A stretch of 64,000 nucleotides of DNA from Hormiphora californensis (lineage: Eukaryota; Animalia; Ctenophora). This document shows, piece by piece, positions 12,058 to 26,700 of this stretch (within the stretch, counting starts at the first letter, position 1; each line of letters opens with the position of its first letter). The DNA lies in the NCBI GenBank assembly GCA_020137815.1, contig CM035358.1, positions 4,650,001 to 4,714,000 on the forward strand, given 5' to 3'. Made by a program: the position numbers and the translations under genes. The notes beneath the pieces were generated by a model. The model was not told the origin of the DNA and searched no databases. It was given only the letters and a program-made list of their open reading frames with translations.

Positions 12058-13605
12058 TGTTCACCCTGGATTCTTGGAGCAAGGCCAACAATAACAAAAC
12101 AATGTTTTCTGTTCCTAATGAATGAAAAATGAATTTGTTCAGTGGACCGCGGTGAAATAAAGACCCAGCCGACAAAGGAACTTGAAAAGTAAACAAATGG
12201 TTCGTGACCCAAAAGTCACTTTTTATCGTGCAAGAGGAAAAACAGGGAGTTCTAATTCATAAAATAAACGATTTGGGTGTGTTCTTTCTTGGCACGATGA
12301 ATTCTATACAATATGGCATTCAGCAGCACAATGCAGTTGATATATTATACATAACAATTCGCTCCAATAGTGTATTGAAGAGCGAGTTATCGGAAAGTTT
12401 TAGATAGCGATTTAACAAACAGCTCTGTGGTTGTAAGCATGAAACACGCTCCGCGAAACTGCACGTTAGGTGCTCAGAGTTGACAAGCTTCACAAAATGA
12501 GGAGGGAGGGAGAGAGGGAGAGAGTGAGAGGAAGAGAGACAGTGAGAGATAGAGTGGCGGAGTAAGAGAGAGAGGGGCATATAAAACTTAGTGAAAACAG
12601 AGCAGGAAAAATATAAACCGCGATTCGTATACCAATTTTAATACCGTATCCCATCCGCGGAAGCATCTTACTGCTACACCAGCAGATCTCTGAGAGGGAG
12701 AGACACTTAGAACTTTAGCAGTATGCTTTTTCTATCCTTACGAAACTGAGTGGCCGTGGCACGATCTTCAAATGTTTAAACTTTGCAAATCTCGAATTGT
12801 TTAGCAGCACTGAATAAGGGCTTGATATCATGTGTGTGTCGACTGTCCAATATCCATTGAAATGCACATCTCATTCAATGAATTGTTTGAGCGTATGATG
12901 GATTTAATTTCATGCATGTCTCTTGGTATAAACTGATTCATTGTCTGTTTAGTGTTTATTTGCGTTTGGCTTCTGGATGGGCATTTTTTGCAGCCTTGTA
13001 TGCAAGGGGCTACCGTCAATACAACGACACGGTTTTCTTCGAAAGGATACCTTTACTTGATTTCCAAGAAAGGACATTGTTTTTGCAATACCGGTATATA
13101 CCGACACGATGATACGTCTAAAACAACACTATGGCTTGGGGTGAGTTGCTTGATGCAACACTTCATTCCTATTAATTCCTCTTTTTCCAAGAAAATGCAG
13201 CCCTTTTAGCAAGTGAAAGATAAACAATTGTACAGGCGTGCCATTCCAAGAAAAGTAGAAGTACGTGGGGGCCTGTCAGGCCAATGCTCTGACCACAGTT
13301 CTCACGCACTCCGAAATGAGATTAGAGTCACACTAATGTGGGGGCCGGGGGGGGGGGGGGGGGGGGAGGGGGTTACGTCTCTCCAAACCCACGTCGATGG
13401 TGTACCCAGATAAGATTGGGTTCTGCGGGACAGCAGATTTTAACATCCCGTTGTGGCGTTGTGTCACGAAAGGTCATGACATTTACGTTATGATATCATG
13501 AATGCATGCGTTCGGTGACTCATATAATAATGGAATGAATGTTATGTAAGCATGCGTTTCTTGTCCATGGCTTGATATCCACACAACATTCTCTGTCTTA
13601 TTTCG

Positions 13606-14675
13606 TCACATCCATGTTTCCACGCCCCTGAGCCAGTTGACACACGGTAAAGGCAAAAGATCATCCCCTCCCAAAACCAGATCCATGTATCGCTGGGTCG
13701 GTTTCCGGTGCTCCTCCACCCGGGATAGGTGCCCGACGTAGACCCACGCAGAAACTATCTCACCGGTAGATTCTCTGAAGACGATGTGATAGTTGTTATT
13801 CGACGGATTCTTTTGCAAGACAACACCGCAGACTTTAAATAAATGATGCCAAGCACTGCTTGAAGCCGCTACGTAGCCGCTATTTAGCATGTACTGCGAG
13901 AGAAAAATTTGAAATTAAAAAGAGCTTTTTCCAACCGGAATTGTGAGATGCTGCCATGTTCGAAGATCACCGTTTAAAGTTAAACTTTTAACGCACCGTT
14001 TTACGCACCGTTTTATGTTAAGCAGCACGCGATCATATGTTGATCCTTCGTGTTCATCCATTTCCCTGTGCAGTGTTTCCAGGTTCACCCTGTACAGCAC
14101 TCCGTGGACAGTTGAACTATCATCGCGAACCACTGAACACACTCCTGAGAGAGAACCGCAGTCAGAACATTAGCCTGACAGTTAGGCAGTTAATTTTCAA
14201 TCTGCAGTGCTCAGTACCGGTATTATCAGGATCTGCAGCCCACACTTCCTCCTCATCATCATCTTCCAAGAGATCAGCATGGCAAAATATCACTCTCCAC
14301 CCCTGAAGAAGTTGAGATGATCCGTGAGTACAGTGACTATAACAACTTTGGGATGCTTCAAAAAACTGTTATTATTTGAATCATTTTAGGATTATCCCGC
14401 TATTCAAAAAGGTATGCCATGTGTGCGGTCCACTCATGGTATACCTTTCACCTAGCTAATTTTAGGTTTAAAAACCTAATGTAAAACGAGATGCCCGCGA
14501 TCGATGTTTTGTTTACTCAAAGTTTCTTCACAGGACACAGACCAAGAGTTTCAATAACCTTTAGAAGGGCAGCTTCCCTGCCTTGGTAGGTCATCACTGA
14601 CTCCATTTGTTTGGGAGACATGTTTGAACCATATGCAAAATACCAGCACGCTGCTCCGTCATCTACTCCATCCAT
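13606..14675 (-). CDS. Gamma-glutamylcyclotransferase (GGCT/AIG2-like fold) protein, 4 exons
   Basis: MDGVDDGAACWYFAYGSNM motif; VHGVLYRV..MDEHEG..YDR; AWVYVG..KPTQRYMDLVL; GT-AG junctions in frame. Confidence 0.85.
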
Positions 14676-15176
14676 TCTTACTGTAAAGAAGCAGCGGAGT
14701 TTTTACAAATCTTTACACTCATTGTTCATTATTTTTGAGTCGATGAAACAAATCAGAAAAGCATGTTTTTAATCAAAATCATCGAATGGTATAATAATCA
14801 ATCTGGTATAACACAGCTGTCATAAGTATAGTTACTGAAAAACATGCATGTAATACTAAATGATTGTAATATACTTATAAAATAACCTCTCATAATTAGT
14901 AATTAATTATCTCCTCTCTGTGACATCACAGCATCAAATTTTGTGTCCCACAAACATTGTGAACGATAACGACAAGGTAAAACTAACACCAACTCCAATA
15001 TGTTCAAACGACCCAGCTTCAACATTATCATCGTACTAATATTAGAACATTTGAGTTTGATGCGTTTCCTTGTATAACGTTCCCGTGGTGCAACCTCTTC
15101 ACACGCAGTGACGTCACCCAAATCTCATTGTGTGACGTCATCGAATGACGTCACCCAAATCGTGTGACGTCATCAA

Positions 15177-15729
15177 CTAACAGAACCAGCTGCAATTGGA
15201 CCTTCCCCCGGAGTGAGGCTTCCCACAGAAACAATAGGTAGAAGCTGTAGTCGATCTCGCTCCGTCTCCCTGAAGGGAAAGAGGGTGAGTTGAAATTTGG
15301 AAAGGTGAACCGAGTTTCACTAAATCGGTGTTTTTTATTCTCAATTAAAATGAGTCGGAAGATTCTCTTAGGAAATTCCGATTGGCTTCTTTGATATATT
15401 TACCTTGGGGATCGTGGGGACAATTGGTTGCACTTGTTGTTTGAAATCAATCTTTTGTTTTTGTTTGTCCAGAAGGAACAGACTCTCCATTCCTCCCTCA
15501 GTTACTGAGTTCCTATATAGGACGGGAAGGATATTGTTTGGGGGCCAAAACTTTACTAAAACACTAAAATTTAAAACCAAAACTTATCAAAATACCCATG
15601 ATATCGAATGCCCGACAATTTGTACTGAGATTCCTACCTATGATTTGATTCCAGGGTGGTAATCTTCTTCACGTCTTGTTGAAGGATGAAGGTTCCTCTG
15701 AGTCCGTGTTTTCCAGTTGGCACAGCCAT
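15177..15729 (-). CDS. Small orphan protein (97 aa), 3 exons, Cys-rich C-terminus
   Basis: Exons 15729-15638, 15512-15404, 15269-15177 with canonical GT-AG and matching phases: MAVPTGKHGLRGTF..IVPTIPKGDGARSTTASTYCFCGKPHSGGRSNCSWFC*. Confidence 0.6.
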
Positions 15730-16321
15730 GATTCTTTTGCTACAAATAATAAATCGGGTTATAATGATGAAAACATGTAAATTTGAGGGCCAAAGCAGGG
15801 GAATAACAATGAAATATTGGACACATCATAGCAAAATGATGGTTGATTGACTGCACATTTTCTGACGCCATGCACTAAATCAAAAATGTATTTTGGATTC
15901 TAGTCAAACTCGTTTGGGTACACCACGTACAAATTAAAGATGGAATTGTTCATTCACAGTGTCAGACGACACAAATTTCTGAATGATGAGTGAGACGGCA
16001 CCAATACCGAGAGAGAGCTCATAATTTGTCGGTGCGAGAGGGGGTACAAATAGAAACAAGATGATGTGAGTACACATCTTTTATACAACAAGAGAGCTAT
16101 TTGGGGTAACGCGTTGGCAGGAAGGAGGTTGGAAGATTGGTAATAACAAGAGCGAGTGACCACAACTGCAGACCGTTCTATAGCGATTTCAGCCGAGGGA
16201 AGAAGAAGAAAAGAAAACACACGAGTATAATAGAATAGGTAAATCATATTTCCCTGTCCATGCTATCACGCTAGCCCGGTCCTGACTGTTCTACTTCGCA
16301 TGTTGATGTAGCTGCTGCAGT

Positions 16322-16324
<3 letters not shown>

Positions 16325-16402
<78 letters not shown>

Positions 16403-16406
16403 GAGA
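16325..16406. repeat. (GA)n microsatellite
   Basis: Direct reading. Confidence 0.95.
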
Positions 16407-16649
16407 AAATGGAGACACATGAAATTGGTAAACATGACCTACTGCTGCTGCAGGAGAGAGATATAGTATGACATAACGAAATAATGCAGCTGTATTTAGG
16501 ACGCAACACACGTTTCATGGAATCCCTCACGGGAAACCAATCATAAGGCGATGATCCTAGACATGATGGAAATCTTGTTGGAGCTCCAAGTTCTACAGCG
16601 ATTATAGTAGGACATGAGCTATATATTGCAAACCACATCGATCTGTAAA

Positions 16650-16996
16650 ACGATCGCGACTCTTTTGATTGGACAATTAAAAAAGGTTTCCGGCTTGGTA
16701 TTCAGAGAGCATCGTTGACCAAGATTTGGGGAGAGGCATTTTCCAATGAACTGTTAAGCGAAATGGCACCCTGGCTGAATAATTACCAATCCAGAGGAAG
16801 ACCACGAAAAACATGGTCCTGCTGTGTGTTAAATGATTATCGAGACGCTACGGGAAAATCCCAGTCTATCCGTACAATTACTACGACTGCAATGAACCGT
16901 AATGAATGGAGAAAGCTTACGACGCTAAGAGTGAGGATAACGGAAGCCGGCCACTCGAATGATCGAGGAGACCGTTTCAAGTATCAAGTAAGTAAG
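16650..16996 (+). mobile_element. 3' remnant of RTE-like non-LTR retrotransposon
   Basis: RGRPRKTW..AMNRNEWRKL C-terminal motif typical of RTE-clade ORF ends, followed by a short tcaagta/agta tail. Confidence 0.65.
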
Positions 16997-17349
16997 ATCC
17001 ACTTTAGGTCACCCATATCATAATCATTAATCGCTCACCAAGAGCTTATTCAAAGTTAGCTTGATGGCTATACAGTGCTCAATCTTTGCAGAGAGCTATT
17101 AATAATAATAATAATAACAGCATTTGTATACACTCCCATACCATATAGGTTACTAATATAAAACTAGTTAACTTCACGGCAATCGGAGCGGTTCACCTTT
17201 GCTAAATAACTAAATTTTAAATAGTAAAACAATGTTTTAAATCCAATTTAAATGTCCGGTGCTCTGATGCCCAAAAGTCCAGTCACAAAACCTTGCCGAA
17301 TTCATGAACACAAACAAAACAGTTCAACACGCTCACGTTCACGCCCTCA

Positions 17350-17670
17350 CACCTCAACCTCCACAACCTCCTCTGATCCCAAAAGTCTCGCCTGGTGCCG
17401 CCGCCTTCCTCTCCTTTAGCTCAGCCACCAAATTCCTCCTCTCCTCTCTCTCCTCTCTCTCCTCAGGAGAACGGTCTGGGGAGATGCACAGATCTTTGTA
17501 CCTATCCGACTTCTTCAGACCACTCTTGCAGGACAGGATACCTGGTAGTATCCCGAAACTCACGGCCAGCCAGGCGTAGCTTAACTGCTCGGTCAGTACC
17601 CTCCTTGTACCTCCCGAGCCGTTTCATGCTCCAAACACTAGTGACACATTCACCCATGTAGTCAAACACT
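17350..17670 (-). mobile_element. Degenerate LINE ORF1-like fragment
   Basis: LKKSDRYKDLCISPDRSPEEREE..RRNLVAELKERK resembles the C-terminus of CR1/L2-type ORF1 proteins. Confidence 0.5.
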
Positions 17671-17839
17671 CCGCAAGCTGAGACGTTATAGCGATGGTTT
17701 TTCTCTTACAACGCCCTGTACTGCAGAACAACAAGCTAAATCTAGCTTCCCCTGTCTGGATGATCTTTGTAGCTGAGTTCCCTCCCTTCCTTTATAACAC
17801 GTTTTTTAACCGCTTTATAGCATTAAAAGATACCTATCT

Positions 17840-18263
17840 TAGGCGGGAGACACTCAGACACACTGAAGTTGGGTGCGCTCGTTCAAATCTCAACCTCGCG
17901 ACACACACTGAAGTTCGAAGTTTCGCAGAAACCCATTTTCGGCTGAGAAATGATTTGTAAGAGGCTAACTTATTTACTGGTACATCTCTCGAGGCGTCCT
18001 TTATCCATACCGAGTCAATTTCATCGTTTTTGAAATTTTTGGCTAATTTGGTCACCTGTCCCAATTCACCAAAAATTTTAAAAACGGTGAAATTGACTCG
18101 GTATGGATAAAGGACACCTCTAGAGATGTACCAGTAAATAAGTTAGCCACTTACAAATGATTTCTCGGCCGAAAATGGATTTTCGCGAAACTTTGAACTT
18201 CAGTGTGTGTCGCGAGGTTGAGATTTGAAGGAGCGTGCCCAACTTCAGTGTGTCTCGCCCCTT
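17840..18263. mobile_element. ~420-bp palindromic MITE-like element
   Basis: Left half (gacacactgaagttggg..ttttgaaatttt) is the reverse complement of the right half, centred at ~18060. Confidence 0.8.
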
Positions 18264-18272
18264 ATATCTATA

Positions 18273-18412
18273 CAGTCGGACCCCGCTTTAGTGGCATCCT
18301 CGGGGGAAAGGGTTTTGCCCACTAAATCGGGGTGTCTTCTAAATCGGGGTCAAATAATGTTCATTTCCTATATCGGGGAAAAAAATCCTGCCACTAAATC
18401 GGGGTCCGACTG
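18273..18412. mobile_element. Tc1/mariner-type MITE (CAGTCGGACCCC TIR, TA TSD), copy 1
   Basis: ta|cagtcggacccc...ggggtccgactg|ta. Confidence 0.88.
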
Positions 18413-18590
18413 TATTACTTTTTCGATTTTTCAGATTTTTTTGGCCTGTAGAAAAATATTCCAGATCTACAAAAAACTTGAGGGTCATTTATTGATTAGA
18501 TGCAAAGCAAAGTAGTGACAGTAACCTAAACTTCGGAGTTCGGGTGGCAAGCGAATTTTGCTCGTGCTGTGTGATCCATGCGCTAAACTA

Positions 18591-19462
18591 CCGTGTGCGG
18601 CAAAAAAAAATCCCCCCCTAGACCACCATAGTTGCCGATGTGGTGAAGAGCTATAACTTGGCAGGGTTGCTCCACTATGTCTATCTTGATCCTGACAGAA
18701 AAATCAGAGCTCTAGCTCAAAATTCATTTTTTTGATAGGAATGAACATTGTCATTCATTCCAAGAAAAAAATATTTTCGTCCAGAATTCAAGCAATTATC
18801 TTTGGCCATCGATTAGCTTTCCAATGTGACCAAGATCATCTAAATTGGGCAACCACAAGAGACACAGTGTCATGTTTCTTAAATTTAATCAGGTCATGTG
18901 ATCTTCACCGTATCGTTGAGTGTTCAGTATTACGAATCGGTCTAAGTGGTAGAGAATCACGTATCACGGCTACTAATGAGGGATGACGATGCTGATTGGT
19001 CATGAGATCTGTAGCTCTTTGATAAATGTCCTCTTTCCTCGAATCACATTACCCTGTATTGGTACACATACCTCATTAGCGGCCGTGATACGAGATTCCT
19101 CTGCCCATTGGCTCGATTAGCAATCCCGGATAATCAACGATTCGGTGAAGATCACATGACCTGACTAACTTTAAGAAACATGACACTGTGTCTCTTGTGG
19201 TTGCCCAATTTAGATGATCTTGGTCACATTGGAAAGCTAATCGATGGCCAAAGATAATTGCTTGAATTCTGGACCGAAAATATTTTTTTCTTGGAATGAA
19301 TGACAATGTTCATTCCTATCAAAAAAATGAATTTTGAGCTAGAGCTCTGATTTTTCTGTCAGGATCAAGATAGACATAGTGGAGCAACCCTGCCAAGTTA
19401 CAGCTCTCCACCACATCGGCAACTATGGTGGTCTAGGGGGGGATTTTTTTTGCCGCACACGG
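18591..19462. mobile_element. 872-bp foldback-type element with ~390-bp TIRs and TA TSD
   Basis: ta|ccgtgtgcggcaaaa...ttttgccgcacacgg|ta; arms 18591-~18981 and ~19071-19462. Confidence 0.88.
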
Positions 19463-19695
19463 TACTAACAAATTTTCAGTACGAGAATGTTAAAACTCGT
19501 GCGGCTGAGCGCTGAAAAGCGCTCTGATTTGGAATATTTTAGGGGTGCTAGCACACCCATTTTCCTTTTTGCACTTTTCTATATCTATCTCTACAATAAA
19601 AGGTCCTCTCTATTCCCGATTCCCCAAACTTAGAAAGGACAGCTGAGTCCCATTAGCTCTCTCTCTCACCTTCTATCTCGCCTTCTATCTCTCTC

Positions 19696-19757
<62 letters not shown>

Positions 19758-20731
19758 GCTGATTCAGTCTGCTCTCCCTCTGTTCAAATCCACTCCTTGA
19801 GCTAGACTCTGTTCTGTAATGATCGTTGCCGTCTCCTATTGGCTGAAAAGCTGTCACGTGAGGAACACGCGGCATTTTCTAGCAAACCATTGGCTGACAC
19901 GTTATAGCGATGGTTTTTCTCTTACAACGCCCAGTACTACAGAACAAGCTAAATCTAGCTCTCCTCTGTCTTTGTAGCTGGTTTTCCTCCCTTCCTTTAT
20001 AACATATCAGCGGGTACCCGTGGGTGAAAATTTGTCTGATATACCCTGCACGCTTTAAAAAGCAAGGATGTTTTTGCCGCTAAAACTTGTAATCATTAAA
20101 TCCTTGCTTTCCACTGAGACCTGAGATCCCAGGTTTCAGTGACAGCTATTCCCTTAAATCTTAGGGAATAGCCGTCACTGAAACCTGAGATCACAGGTCT
20201 CAGTGGAAAATAGCCTTTACTGCGAAACTTCAGTGTGTTTCACGCAGTTGAGATTTGAACGTGTGCTACCAACCTCAGTGTGTCTCCCCCCATTCGTATT
20301 TATACTGCAGCTGTATTATAGGATAAACATTATGTGGGGGGGGGGGGGGAGCCTAAGGCATGAGATTGGCAATTTTCAGGGTAGCTGAGACTTTTGAGGC
20401 AAATCTGAGATTTTTTGCGGCAGGCCCCCCCCCCCCCCTTATGTTAACGACTGTTTTCCCTCATGGAGGTGTGACTGGGATTATAATACTTTCATGGCGA
20501 TCAAACAATGATCTTTTGCTTGTTTCATTCTATGTATTATATTTGCAAACTCTTGATACAGTTTTCTTCAATGTTCATTTTATTCTTGCAAAAATATATT
20601 TTTGGCTTAATACTAAATTAATAATTTAGCTATAACATAACTTTATATATTATAACTTCATAATATATGTATATATAAGCTAACATATTACTTAACACCC
20701 CTATTTTTCGAAGCGATATGTGAGTTTTGAA

Positions 20732-23700
20732 ATGATACGCCTCCTTCTCTTAATAGCTGCATTGTGTGGAACAGTTGTTCTCACTGCAGGTTTGTCAAGT
20801 AATTTATTATGTAATAATGTATATAGCATTTGATGCTTTGATCATTTACACACACTTTGCTGTTTTTGAATGTAATATAGAAGTTAAACTAAACTGCCAG
20901 CCACTGGCGCCTGGCGGGTTATTTAAGCTAGCAGGGTAATACCTATATATATACCCTGAGGGTATATATAGCTATATAAAATATTACGCTTTTTAGTAAG
21001 TGGTAATGTACTCGCTTTAGTTTACTTTTAGTGGTTACTGGTTAGTATATTTTTTGCGCTTCAGACTGGGAAGCTGTGGAGTGGAAGATACCCTGGGACC
21101 TGGAAACAACACCACTCCAGATAAAGACGGACTCTGTATTGGGCAGTGATGAGTACTTCTTTTTGAGGATGTACAACAAGGACAGCAGCAGTATCGGTTA
21201 TGTGGCTGTGAAGTTCTCCTCCCCAATGCGGTACTACATAAGCTACTGCACCGGCTGGACAGACCTGCCAGTGCAACCCACAGTGGAGGTGGATAAGATC
21301 TGTACGATCACCAAAACAGAGACCGCCTTAATCTTCACATGTAACAATGTTCAGTTGCTGAAATACCTGTTCGCAGATAGTTCAAAAACTGAATGTGCTC
21401 CAAAGTGGGGTGGTAATGTTGTGGATGAGATCTCGTTTGACTATGATGACACAGCAACTAACTTCTACAGAGCAGATAAAGGTATGACTTTTGGGGGTCT
21501 GGGGACATAACAAAGTCGCGTAGACACCTGACACATATGTTCGAGCTATGACCTTAGTAGATCCATGGAAACTGTGTCACTATTTGCACGTACATACGTG
21601 TTTGGTATCGAAGACACCTCACACTCTGTTTAGAGGTATCAGAACCGCTTACCCTATTTTCATAACGCGCTCAAACCGTCATACTAAGCACTGAAAAGTT
21701 GTAGTCTACACTATTAGTTCTAGCCTAGGGATCTGAGCCGCGCACAAGGTGAAACCGAGACCAAATCTCGTTACTTTCCCGATATCTTTCACAGAAACAA
21801 GTATTGTAGAGCGGTCAATAGAGCTGGCGGTTTCAAACTTCGTCCGTATTCGGAGGGATAGATTACCAGTTCAGTGTTTCAAACCAGGTTTAATTTGGCA
21901 AAGTAGAAGCTGAGTTACAACATGTTTTGTACAAATGGTTCAACTTTAAGACCTTTTTAATTTTCATGGCCAAACCTTTGAAGATAGAAACTTCAAACTT
22001 TGCCACGATCTTTGATATGATGTTAAGCATACCTGGCCTACTTTTTCAAAAAAAAATTCGTCATTAACACCTAAAACTGATCTCAAAACCAAGGTCCCGG
22101 AGATAATTTTTCAAATATTAGTACAGAATTATAATTTTCAGACAATTTGGTGGGGAATACCAAAATTTGGTGCATTTTCATTGAGTGGTTGAGGAGCTAT
22201 TAATTTTTGAAGTGAATCAAACCGGATCTGTAACCCCTAGCTCAGGTCGCCGGGCGACCTTCACACGCGCTGGCAAGGGGTAACTTCGTAACCAACATAC
22301 GTTTGAGGACATTTTTGCTTTTATTATAGTAAGATAAATATTACTTTTAGCTTAAGGTGATGACGGCTTCGTTTAGCCGCACTACGCGTAGGGTTAACTG
22401 CACCAACAAACTTTTAGCTTGGTTATCTTAAAATAATTTCAGACTGGACAGCTTTAAAGATACCCCGAGACCTGGAGGCAACACCTCTCCAGATAAAGAC
22501 GGACTCTACTCTGGGCAATGGTGAGCAGATCACGGTACGAATGTACGACAAGGACAGCAGCTATATCAGTTATGTGCGTGTCATGTTCTCCTCCACAATG
22601 CGGTACTACATAAGCTACTGCACCAGCTGGACAGACCTGCCAGTGCAACCCCCGGTGGAGGTGGATAAGATCTGGTCGATCACCAAAACAGAGACCGCCA
22701 TCATCATCACATGTAACAATGTGGAAGTGCTGAACTACCTGTTCGCAGATAGTTCAGATAACAAATGTGTTACCAAGTGGGGTGGTAATGTTGTGGAGGA
22801 GATCAACTTTAACGGTGACACAGCATCTGACTTCTACAGAACAGGTAAGGATCCAAATTTAATGTAATCCAATGATGGGGGGGGTGCGACATGTTAATTT
22901 TGTTAACTTTGTTAATATTAACATCGAGAAAACAGGTGATTTATTAACAAAATTAACAAAAAGTTAACAAACGTTAACAAATGCCATTTATACCATCTAA
23001 ATCCCCTTTTGCACGTATTTTTGGTATTTAACACTTATTCTGCGAGCAAAGTTGTTCCTTCTGCACGATTTAAATACCACCACTACCTCTACTACGGCTT
23101 TTTTACAGCGATCTGTTCCATTGTGTAAATTTTAATAAAAACTAGCCAAAATAAACCGCAATTGAAGTCAAATGACACTAATCCACATTTTCCAACCCTA
23201 AAAATTAAGTCAGACTCATGAATTTACCTTAAAACGAAAAATATCCCAAAAATAAATTTTTCTAAAAAACCACAAGGATTTGTAGCGAAGCAAATTTTCA
23301 ATCTTTGACCAAAAAATTGATTTTGGAAAAATTTCATTTCCTTTTTCAACAAAAATGTTGTATATCATCTTATTAAGTCCAAAGAATCGATTACCAATGA
23401 AAAAATTACGTTGAAGTGAGATTTTATACGCTAAATAGAAATACAGTCGGACCCCGATTTAGGGGCCCCCGATTTAGTGGCACCCCGATTTAGGGACAGG
23501 ATTTTTTTTCCCCCGATATAGGAAACTAACCTTATTTGACCCCGATTTAGTGGACACCCCGATTTAGTGGACAAGAGCCTTTCCCCCGAGGGTGTCCCTA
23601 AATCGGGGTCCGACTGTATTTGAAAATTTTTTTTTATCCGTTTTGAGCCAAAAAACCTGTATGTCGGACTTAGGTTATCGGAAAAGGCCTTGTTTGGGTA

Positions 23701-26700
23701 TATATGCGTTAGGTAAGTCATTAAACTATAAAATTAAACCAGTTAAAGTCGTATTATCAGCCAATAAGAACGGTCTTTTAGCATTTGTTAATTTTGTTAA
23801 TTTTGTTAATTAACAAAATCGAAAAAAAGAGGTGATTTATTAACAATTAACATGTCGTCCCCCCCCAATGATGCTTGTGTGTGGTCCATTGTAATACAAT
23901 GATGGCTCAACCGTAGAGTATCGGGAGCAGTACTAAACAAATATAAACGCACCGCTTTAACCTTGTGTTTATATTTTTTAACCACCAGTGACCCCTCCAG
24001 TGACCCAGGGCTGTTTACGCATCTAGCGTCTTCTTCAATCAAACTTAGGAAGTTAGGAATCAATTTCTAGACTTAGTAGGCTTATTGGGAGTATCTCCAG
24101 TGATTTGTAGCCAAAGATTGATGAAATGAGGAATTTTTCGCCAAAAATTAAACTTAACACAGGCTACTGGACTTATCCTCTGCATGAGTCTGCGCCATAC
24201 CAGGAAGGCCCCGCATACCAATCATACTTAGCCTAAGACACATGGCACACCCCCCCCCCTTTCCTAGCACCTCCACCACTACCAGTTCAGGTTCTCACCA
24301 CCCATCCCATGAACCATCTCTCCTTCTTTAGCGGCAAAAACATCCTTGATTTTTATAGCAGACAAATTTTTGCTGGGGTTTAAACAAGCAAGCTCTCTGC
24401 TCTACTACAACAAGTTATACCCAATCAACTCACACATTTTTATTTTTTCCAGTCCTATGCCCTGTTTTAACTGTTGATGGATCAACAAAAGGAGCCTGGA
24501 AGGCCTCACTGGTAGGGACAACCGTCACTATCGAATGTGCTGCCAACCATAACCTAGTGGGAAGTGGTACACTGACTTGTCAGCAGGATCTATCATGGTC
24601 AAGTGATGTACCGGAGTGCAACAAAATTGGTAAGTTCATTTAGTAATTATAATGCGATTTATATATTTCTGGGAAAAAGTTTAGAACGGGGTATAATTTG
24701 GCATATACATATACTAGTAGGCCCGTTCGCCCTACGGGCGAATTTCGGGGAAATGGTAGCTGGATTAGGGAACGCTGACATCACCTGCACCATCCGTTCC
24801 TAGCCTATCTCTCACTTTCTCTCTACCCATGTTGTTGTACGGCGTACGCTCTGGGCTTCCTGACAATGTCAAGGTGCAAGATCAATGTCATGGAGGTGCA
24901 GTGCTGCTCCAGAAACTCATCACGTAAAAACTTGGCCGCTATGTAGCCGATTCGGAGATTTCTGATTCGACTGGAGTAATCACCCTTGGGCGACGTTGGG
25001 TAAAGCTATCCGTAGTCGTTGATTGGCTCGCTTGAACACGATGGCGTAATCTGTCATATTCTCTAGCCTGCTCCCTGACAGCAGCAGTTCTCCTGGATCT
25101 AGATAAACGTTGCCGAATAGCGCTTGGGGTGGAAGAGCTAGACATCAGGACAGAAGTAAAAGAATGCACGTGCAGAATTGAATTTCCCCTTGGTGCCCAA
25201 CTGCAACCGGGAGAGAGATCTCCAGGTGCCTCAAATAATTGCACGTGCTAGTGTAGTTGCTAGGTGACAACCGTTACACAATTTGCTTAGTAAGTAGTAT
25301 GATTGGAACAAAAATTAAAACTTCAGTATCAACTTTTCCGCACTGTTTTTTAGTTGCTAGTTTTGAAGCACAACAATTTCATACAGCATGCCCGGATCTC
25401 TCGATTGAAAACTCTGCCTCCGACCAATGGAGTGCTTTTGTTGGCGAAAAGATAGCAATCACCTGCAACAATTTCTACAAGTTGAATGGAGAAAGTGAAA
25501 TACCGTGTGAATTACAAGACAATTCCGGACAATGGACTAACGATATCCCTACATGCGATAAAATAGGTAAAGATCAATAGTAAAATGCACTCTTCTCCAA
25601 TTTGTATGTTACTAGAGCCCAACGTTCTCAATCGTAACAACGGCTGATACAAAGGGATTCATGTGTTGAAAAGTCAATTTTCGCTAATTTTACCCCATAA
25701 CTCGGTCATTTCTCAACCAATTTCAAACTTCCTGGGATCTTAAGAAAGAGGGGATCGAGCTCTTTCTAAAGAGCTGTAATCCCTCTCCCCTCCCGGCTCC
25801 CACTCTAAACCTGCACGTGCAAATGTTGCTTCAAGGCCATCACTACCAACCATCTGCCTTTTTATTAACTAGATAGCCCGTTGAAGTAGAGCACCCGTTG
25901 ACCCGAATCCCCACTCTTCCTCACCCAGGAGCACCCCTCTCACCCGCTGCAACCCGCACGTGCAGCCTTCAATCACCCGCTGCGTCTAGGGGCTATATGG
26001 CACCTCCTTGACAACCGACCCCTTCTATTTGCACGTGTGGATAGGTCATCATACTCATCACGCCACGCATTTGTACTTATTATTGTCGCACTATTTATAA
26101 TATATATTAGGTTGTCCCATAAATATTGTCCCTCGGTGATTTTTCCAAAAAAAAACGATTTGAAAGAAAATAAACGGTCCTACAGTACTTCTGACATCCT
26201 TGGCTCCATTCCAATAGGTCAGGGATTCTACGTGCCCATACAGAAGAGTAGCTGTAGGTGAATTTGGTAGGCCAGTCTTGTAACGATCTTAAAACTGACT
26301 TTGGCCCATTTTGTTCCTAGCCAAAACCATCTCAGCACCATCTTACCTCAGGAGAATCATCTCTGATCCCTTATGAGGTAGTGTGGTGAGTTACAGGCAT
26401 CAGAATGGTGCTCAACTTATGTGCACGCCAATGTTTACAAATTAACATTGATTTTCAGTGCAAAAAGTGGCTACCTCGCAAAATCATGTTTCTCGACCCC
26501 AGATGGGCCACCTGGATGCGATTGATGGTCCTATGTGGTAGAGAAAGGTCTATTCTAGAGTTCTTAGGCCGATTTCAAGACTGTCCTTCATTGGCTTCTT
26601 CTCACGATCATTGTTTTCTGTCAAAAACGTCTGCAGCTGCGGTTTTGAGTGAACTCTGTTTAAGGAGTGATAGCCCTAAAACGAAGGGTTCTATTCAAAA

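Noticed and set aside
18732-19306. Paired ORFs on opposite strands
   Set aside because: Artefact of the element's long TIRs; no transposase motifs
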